A stretch of DNA of 64,000 nucleotides from Eledone cirrhosa (Eukaryota), in assembly GCA_964016885.1 (NCBI GenBank), contig OZ024741.1:385206001-385270000 (forward strand), read 5' to 3'. How positions within the stretch are numbered: position 1 is the first letter of the stretch; the number at the start of each line of letters is the position of its first letter. This document shows, one piece after another, positions 56,395 through 64,000 of the stretch. Made by a program: the position numbers and the translations under genes. The notes below the pieces were generated by a model. The model did no database searches, was not told where the DNA came from, and saw only the letters and a list, made by a program, of their open reading frames with translations.

Positions 56395-56652
56395 AGTGTA
56401 ACGCGGAGTTACTGTAGGTTCACCCAGGTGAGCACTCGATGTTTAGGTTCACGTCAGTGTCGAGGTGTAGAGCTTGACAGAGTGTAATACAATGATACAA
56501 GGACGATTGGTTAAGCCTTCATTACTACAACAGAGGTCCGACGAACCTTTGATTCCAGAGTCGGGCCAGATCGAACCTTGAGCTGATCAATAGTGAAACG
56601 CGCGTCACCAATCAATAAACGTAATGAAGGCTTAACCAATCGTCCTTGTATT
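56395..56652. mobile_element. PLE-like fold-back element (family of 10248-10575)
   Basis: 31-bp inverted arms atacaaggacgattggttaagccttcattac; hammerhead-like motif at 56535-56609 (+) then AATAAA. Confidence 0.7.
56535..56609 (+). ncRNA. Hammerhead-like motif (U4C core, extended stem II)
   Basis: ggt-CCGACGA-(50 nt; ttgat/atcaa stem)-GAAAC-gcgc-GTC-acc. Confidence 0.55.
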
Positions 56653-56665
56653 ATTATTATTATAT

Positions 56666-56862
56666 GGCGGTGGATTGGCAGTATCGGTAGAGCGTTGGAC
56701 GTCATGCTTTCTAGCATAGTTACGTCCCTTTACAATCTGAGTTCAAATCCCGCCGAGGTTAACTTTGCCTTTCATCCTTACGGGGTCGATAAAATAAAGT
56801 ACCAGTAATGTACTGGGTGATTGCTGGCCTTGTGCATAAAGTAGAAACAATTATTATTATTA
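56666..56862 (+). mobile_element. Full-length family-B tRNA-derived SINE
   Basis: A box tggcagtatcgg, B box gttcaaatcc, conserved core, (att)n tail. Confidence 0.85.
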
Positions 56863-56947
56863 TATATACATATACACATATATTTACATATATCTATATA
56901 CATATATCTATATACATACATATATCTATATATATATACATATATAT

Positions 56948-56980
<33 letters not shown>

Positions 56981-57044
56981 CATACATATATAAGGTTGAA
57001 AGCAGCGATTCTTTGCTTAAACTTTAATCTGTTATTTTAATAAA

Positions 57045-57721
<677 letters not shown>

Positions 57722-57803
57722 GTTATTCCGGGTTGAATCGGAGGTAACCACAGTAAGTAAGGTACTCAATACATAGCAGAGTATAACAGTTTTAATATAG
57801 ATG

Positions 57804-57854
57804 AGATTCTACAGGACTAGAACCGTTTCATTCATTAGAAATCATCAGGAATCT
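57804..57854 (-). ncRNA. Type I hammerhead ribozyme (mirror copy)
   Basis: Reverse complement of 58055-58105, with one A>G giving a G-U pair in stem III. Confidence 0.72.
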
Positions 57855-58054
57855 GGGTATCAAAAAATAAATATGGTATTTATAGGTCTCTACAAGTGGT
57901 AGGAGAGGGTGGGGAGTGGGATGGGTGCAGGTCATTGGTTGATAGAAAAGGGAATTCCCTTTTCTATCAACCAATGACCTGCACCCATCCCACTCCCCAC
58001 CCTCTCCTACCACTTGTAGAGACCTATAAATACCATATTTATTTTTTGATACCC

Positions 58055-58105
58055 AGATTCCTGATGATTTCTAATGAATGAAACAGTTCTAGTCCTGTAG
58101 AATCT
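58055..58105 (+). ncRNA. Type I hammerhead ribozyme
   Basis: agattc-CTGATGA-t-ttc/taat/gaa-t-GAAAC-ag/ttctagtc/ct-GTA-gaatct: intact core, 6-bp stem I, GUA site. Confidence 0.75.
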
Positions 58106-58151
58106 CATCTATATTAAAACTATATATATATATATATACATGTATGTATAT

Positions 58152-58287
58152 ATCATCAGCATTTTACGTCCACTTTTCCCTGTTTGCAAGGGTGGCACGG
58201 GAACTGATTCTGGCTTGATTTCTACAGTTGGATGCCCTTCCTAACACCAACCTCATTTACAGTGAGTGCTAGGTGGTTTTTTGCCGT
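58152..58287 (-). mobile_element. RTE 3'-tail fragment
   Basis: Nearly the same sequence as 8755-8890 and the reverse of 24020-24200. Confidence 0.75.
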
Positions 58288-59297
58288 TTGTAAGCTAATT
58301 CACCTCTAGGGGTTGTATCGTTGTTCATCGATACAACCCCTAGAGGTGAATTAGCTTACAAATTTAGAAGAGCCCTAGACAAACATAAACTCAATATTAA
58401 GATAGTAGAAAGACCAGGTACCTCCGTAAAAACACTTATTAGCAAGACATACCCTTTTCAAAGACACCCCTGTATAGATAAGAAATGTATAACCTGTAAA
58501 TTAAGCTCCCATATTAACTGTAAAACTAGAAATGTAGTATATAGCATAAGATGTACTGAAGGACAATGTAGAGACAAAAATATAGTGTACATAGGTGATA
58601 CAGCTCGTAGTGTAGGGGAACGGATAAATGAACACTGGCGAGACCTTCAAGATAGTAAATAATCATCTGTACTCTACCAACATGCTAAAATAGAACATAA
58701 GGGTAAATTAGAGAACAGAAATAAAAATAGAATCTACACACAGAAAAGACGCAATGTTTAGACAAATCACAGAGGCAATAAACATAAAAGAATTACAACC
58801 AAAATTAAATATAAAACATGAGTGGAACAGCAACATCACAACTTACAATTAAGGACAAAATGAAAACACAAACGCACATAGAACAAATAACCAACCTGTA
58901 ACATGTAAATAAACAAATAAATAAACGAATATAAACACACACAGGCACCCAGATGTGGCGCATGCGCATACTGAGCACACAACACACACCTAGAAACAAA
59001 ATGGCGTATGACAGAACAAAGGAGAGGCACAAAAACAAAGAAAAGAATCCCCAGTCACTGAAGAGGTCACAGAATGTGTGACGAAAGAACTTTGACAATA
59101 TGTAAACAACCATCTGGTTGTGGAACCAACCAACCAACCGGAAATTTATAAATTCCTAAATTTATAAATTTATTATAATAAATTGAAGTGAAAGCAACTA
59201 GTGCGTGTGTTGGCAACATGACCCTCCCAAAGTATAACAATATCGGTTTCAACACACGTTTTCAGATAAAGAATCTTGCTAAACAAATTCAGAAACG

Positions 59298-59298
<1 letters not shown>
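58287..59298 (+). mobile_element. Second PLE family, 3' fragment (GIY-YIG) with 5' hairpin
   Basis: CKTRNVVYSIRC...VYIGDTARSVGERINEH; premature stop/frameshift after 58662; hammerhead at 59054; ends in (TA)n. Confidence 0.85.
59054..59096 (+). ncRNA. Minimal type I hammerhead in PLE 3' region
   Basis: gtca-CTGAAGA-g-gtcaca/gaatg/tgtgac-GAAA-g/aa/c-TT-tgac. Confidence 0.7.
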
Positions 59299-59380
<82 letters not shown>

Positions 59381-59947
59381 TACATAAAACAATGTTGTCT
59401 CTGACTGACAAAGCGAGGTTGTATTTGAATATATAAATGAGAAAACTGATCGCTAGAACAGCCGTTAAAACAGCTAGATGCTGTCAAAGACAGTGATAGG
59501 CCAAAGTGCCTCAGAGGACAGAGACCAGCGGCCGACAGAGAGAGACAATAGACAAGGTGGGAGGAGGCAGATGAAATATAGAAAAGATTGAAAGAGGAAG
59601 GGGCGCACAGATGTGACTGGGAGAAGGATATATATATGTCACCGGTTCTTTGAGAAAGCAACACCCAATATCAGCCCGGGGCATATAATTGAATCGAAAA
59701 AACAGTGTTTTGTGTGTGTCTGTTCAACTTCTAGTTGTATGATGAGGTCATAACTGTTGCATAAGGGTTATCACTCAAATATATAAAACCGATTATGAAT
59801 AAACGAAGTGAATTATAACCTGTTGACTTATACTTCATGATGAGCAAGACATGGTCACCTGACTTGGCATTGCTCACAACAGGATAACTCATCTAACTCA
59901 TGCCAGCGTAGAAAAATGGACGTTAAACGGTGATGATTATATATATC

Positions 59948-60251
59948 TATATCAGCATATAGAGAGAAGTACACATAGGGATATGTGTTCAAAGATAGGG
60001 GATCAAAAACCACCAGAGTGACGAACATATTAACTACGGAAGGAATGGTGAATACAAATCAATTAAGAGAATATATTAAACTGAACTAACCATCCGATTA
60101 TAACTATAACACCAGGGCATGCTGAAATTAGAGTATGTTTCGCTCCTATAAAAAGTAAAGAATCCATATTGTTCGTCACTCTGGTGGTTTTTGATCCCCT
60201 GTGATTAAACACATGCCTCTATGTGTACTTCTCTCTATATGCTGATTTATA
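59948..60251. repeat. Inverted repeat (~83-bp arms, 135-bp spacer)
   Basis: atcagcatatagagagaagtacacatag...gatcaaaaaccaccagagtgacgaaca versus its reverse complement at 60166-60251. Confidence 0.85.
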
Positions 60252-60328
60252 AAGAGTCCGGAATATATTCCTTGAGCTTATTAAATAATAGGGGATTAAA
60301 GTGAGTTTTAACTCGGTTTGTTTTAATT

Positions 60329-60366
<38 letters not shown>

Positions 60367-60469
60367 AAGGTATCACAACATATATATGTATGATGATTAT
60401 GTTTCTTAATAGAAAAACACAATGTACATTGGCTCAGAGCATCAATAATTCAAATTGAAAGATATATGA

Positions 60470-60878
60470 AGAGAGAGAGGAAGAGCCATATATCGTTTGA
60501 GAAACACAGTATTTTGTACATATATAAGCACCTAATATTTAGGGGAAAAGTACATACTTTAGGTAAGGTGGGAAACTCATTATTTAACCTACGGTACCGT
60601 TTCATAGTTCGTAAACCGAAGCAAAAGTCAAAGACTATTCTTCTGATGATTAGTTTCGCGTCTTCCGTAGCTCTACAAAAGTCGATAGTTGGTAATCGAT
60701 AATCGATTGCTTAGATCGATTTTTGCTTTGGTTTATGAACTATGAAACTGTACTGTAGGGGAAAAAAGACCTTTTCCATCTTATTTAAAGTATGTACTTT
60801 TTTCTAAATATCATATGCTTTATATATATGTACAAAATACTATGTATTTCTCAAACGATATATGACTCTTTCTCTCTC
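60470..60878. repeat. Diverged inverted repeat (~160-bp arms) enclosing a hammerhead-like core
   Basis: Arms 60470-60631 / 60716-60878; CTGATGA at 60643, GAAAC-tgtact-GTA at 60744-60757. Confidence 0.8.
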
Positions 60879-62828
60879 TACACATATTTGCTCTCTGAGT
60901 TCAAACCCCACATTTCATCCCTTCGATAACAAAAAGTAATAGTCAAGTACGGGGGTCGATTCTTCCTCTATATCGCTTTCTCATTCCCATTCTCTCACTC
61001 TATGTTTCTCTGGAAGAACTCTGCTGCATTACGCCCAGGTTTTAAAAATGCCCTAGGTCAATATGGTGCCCCTACAACTTCCTGAGGAGTTACGGGCCCA
61101 TACAAATGTGTGTGTGTGTGTGTACACTTACACATTCATGTAGACATAAACAACACCAAAACAAATTGAGACAAGTTCCATGTTGAGGTTAACTTTGCCT
61201 TTCATCCTTACGGGGTCGATAAAATAAAGTACCAGTAATGTACTGGGGTAATTGCTGGCCTTGTGCCAAAAGTAGAAACAATTATTAGTGTACAATTCTA
61301 CAATCATGCCTCTATTATATAAATCATTTGAGCCAAAGATGAATGTATATATGATAGCATGTATGTATGTTGAATGCTACTAAAATGATGTTTAAAATCA
61401 ACCGGCAATACACAAGGACTCGCAGATGTAGTAATTAAGAATCAATATTTATTTTCTTTCTTCCAGAAACATCTAACAGGTGTTGCTTTTAGGAACTGGT
61501 GTTCGTAACATTTCTCCAGTTTAATGAATGGTGACTACAATATGTGTCTTGTCAAATAATAAAGTTAAACCTACAAAACAAACTAGTTCAAAACTAAGAC
61601 ATGCCTGTCAATTCAGTGCTCTATTTTTAAACTGCAACATACATAAGACTTATTTTTATGTTTAGCCACAAACATTTTGGTTGTTGTTAAGATCCACTCA
61701 GATAAGCCCAATGGTCAAAGGCACGTTCATGTCATACCCAAGCTGTCTTATATTTTTACTTTTGACATAATTCGATGTGCCCTTCCCTTTCTTAAAACGC
61801 CATGACTGGTAGTTTTCGATGGTCGAGCAACCACGTAAAGACCCGATTATAGGTTTGGTTGAGATGGTCGACACTAATTATTTGCTGTTCTCGACATTAA
61901 TGAATAAATAAATAAAATTAAATAAATGGTATGTTTTTAACCTACGAAGCTTAACTACAGAGAATTAGTAAATATTATTGTTTGAAATCTGACATAAGAA
62001 AATTCAAAGGCCGAGTTTTCGGCGAGGCCACTGCTTTAACTAATATACATTTTTAATTAACTTCTCGACAGAATACAAACCATATGGATGTTTTAGTATA
62101 AACTAAGATGTTTAGGGTTTGATTAGATAAACTACAATTACAGTAATCTGATGTCAAAAGACACTGGATGTAAAGGCTTGACAACTGATTATAAATATGC
62201 TAAACACATCATTAGATTGTTACATCATTAGATTGTTATATTTATTTACACGTGTTTATTTACCTGAATGTGTCATAAAACGCAGAGATTAACGAACACA
62301 CTTATGAGTGAGTGCGCATACATACATACATACATCTAATAACTGCATATACACATGCACACATACAACTCAAAACATACATCCACATCTACACATGCAT
62401 GCATACATACATATCTACCTAGTTGATGTGTAAATTCCATGAGAGAGTCTTGTCTATGTTAGAAACCGACTACCTACCTACCTACATACATACATACATA
62501 CATACATACATACCGCTGGTTAGTTGCTGTGCCAGTCTTATCCTATAGAATATTATAATAGCCCGTTCTGGTAGTTTACATTGAAATATTTACTCCAAAG
62601 AAAACGATAACAATACGGTTTGCTCAAAAGTTTAAATAATAATATCGTATTTTTCATACTATGCAACACTCACAAACTCATATGGAATCTGATTTAATTC
62701 CCTAAGCCTTAATTCTATAAGGAAATGCAGAATCAAATCAGGCGATGCTGTCCCGGTATGAAACAAGGCAAGACTGCTCGTTTCCGACTGAAAAGGATAT
62801 ATAGTATTTTGAGAGTCCATCCATGTAA

Positions 62829-62873
<45 letters not shown>

Positions 62874-62929
62874 AAGGCTTGCTGAACACACAAGCTGAAA
62901 CCGCCTGACACCGTGGTCGAGATTTACAC

Positions 62930-63232
<303 letters not shown>

Positions 63233-63505
63233 GTGAAGGCGCATGGCTTAGTGGTTAGAGCAATAGACTTGCAATCGAAAGGTTGCGAGTTCAATTCTCG
63301 GACCGGGTGATGTGTTGTTTCCTTGAGCAAGGTATTTTATTTCAGTTTACCCAGCTGAAAATGAGTACCAGCAATAGCTGGAGGTTTAACCCTGCGATGG
63401 ACTGGCGTCCTGTCCAGAGGGGAATCTTGTACTCTCAGTCGCTTCACGCCATGAAACCGGGATAAGCACCGGCCAAATGAGCCTTCTTGCTGAAGAAAAA
63501 AAGAA
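63233..63505 (+). mobile_element. Full-length tRNA-derived SINE (family A)
   Basis: A box tggcttagtgg, B box gagttcaattc, ccttgagcaagg and cctgcgatggactggcgtcctgtccag body. Confidence 0.85.
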
Positions 63506-63571
63506 GATATATATATATATCTTCTTTTATATACATATATATATCTTCTTTTATACATATATATCGTGGAC

Positions 63572-64000
63572 GATGATGACATCGTCTTTAATTTAGTTCC
63601 CGTAGTGGGAAGGGCCAGTGACGGTCCCACTCACTCGGCCGCAGAAGCCAGAATCCGGTGGTACGGAGGACCGTCACGGCCAGGGACTTCCTTGGCTGCA
63701 GTGGATGGCCACGACGTCTGTAGTGCCTTGCCCTGCCCTAGCACTCCACACCGCTTGCTGTCGCCGCCTTCGTGATCGTTAGGACGATGTTGTCCTCCTC
63801 CACTCACTCCGCCGGGTCCAGTCTTCGCATGCAGGGGCAGGCATCCCCTATCTAATCACCGGGGGGTTTCAGACCCGTCCGGCTACCCTCAACCTGGTTC
63901 GGCCCGCCAGCCAAGGCGGTTTACCAGGCTGTGGCCGCTGTCGCATGCTACAGCTTCTTGGGACCACAGCTGAGAGCTGAGTGTCAGATGGGACCCAATG
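63572..64000 (-). mobile_element. GC-rich non-coding element, probably RTE 5'-UTR-derived (bipartite) and running off the window
   Basis: Abrupt GC-rich block; reverse strand gcatgcgacagcggccacagcc...gagggtagccg resembles RTE leaders as recalled; ends ggaactaaattaaagacgatg. Confidence 0.45.

Larger units (their letters stand above)
57788..58121. repeat. 334-bp near-perfect zero-spacer palindrome
   Basis: Centre gggaa|ttccc at 57954/57955; identical ORFs on both strands; one mismatch seen. Confidence 0.95.

Noticed and set aside
57828-58081. Identical 61-aa ORFs on both strands
   Set aside because: A consequence of the palindrome; no protein features.

Overview
AT-rich, repeat-saturated eukaryotic (animal) genomic DNA. 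The mix of tRNA-derived SINEs, RTE tails ending in (GAT)n and long (TA)n/(TA,CA) tracts suggests an octopod cephalopod (inference). No host protein-coding gene is confidently identifiable, and most listed ORFs are artefacts of micro/minisatellites. Main contents: a 48-bp and a 40-bp minisatellite; a ~22-kb array of a 22-bp satellite with a 3989-bp higher-order triplication; a 5'-truncated RTE LINE whose RT carries an inserted PHD-type finger; a Tx1/L1 fragment with a 19-bp TSD; two Penelope-like (PLE) RT/GIY-YIG remnants; a deleted DD37D (maT) transposon; and many SINEs and MITEs. The most striking unannotated signal is about ten type-I hammerhead-ribozyme-like folds from several unrelated families. 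They lie in (TA)n tracts, mostly inside fold-back palindromes, and two are linked to PLE 3' ends. Several have non-canonical cores (U4A, U4C, U10.1-U11.1). All folds were read by eye and activity is untested.
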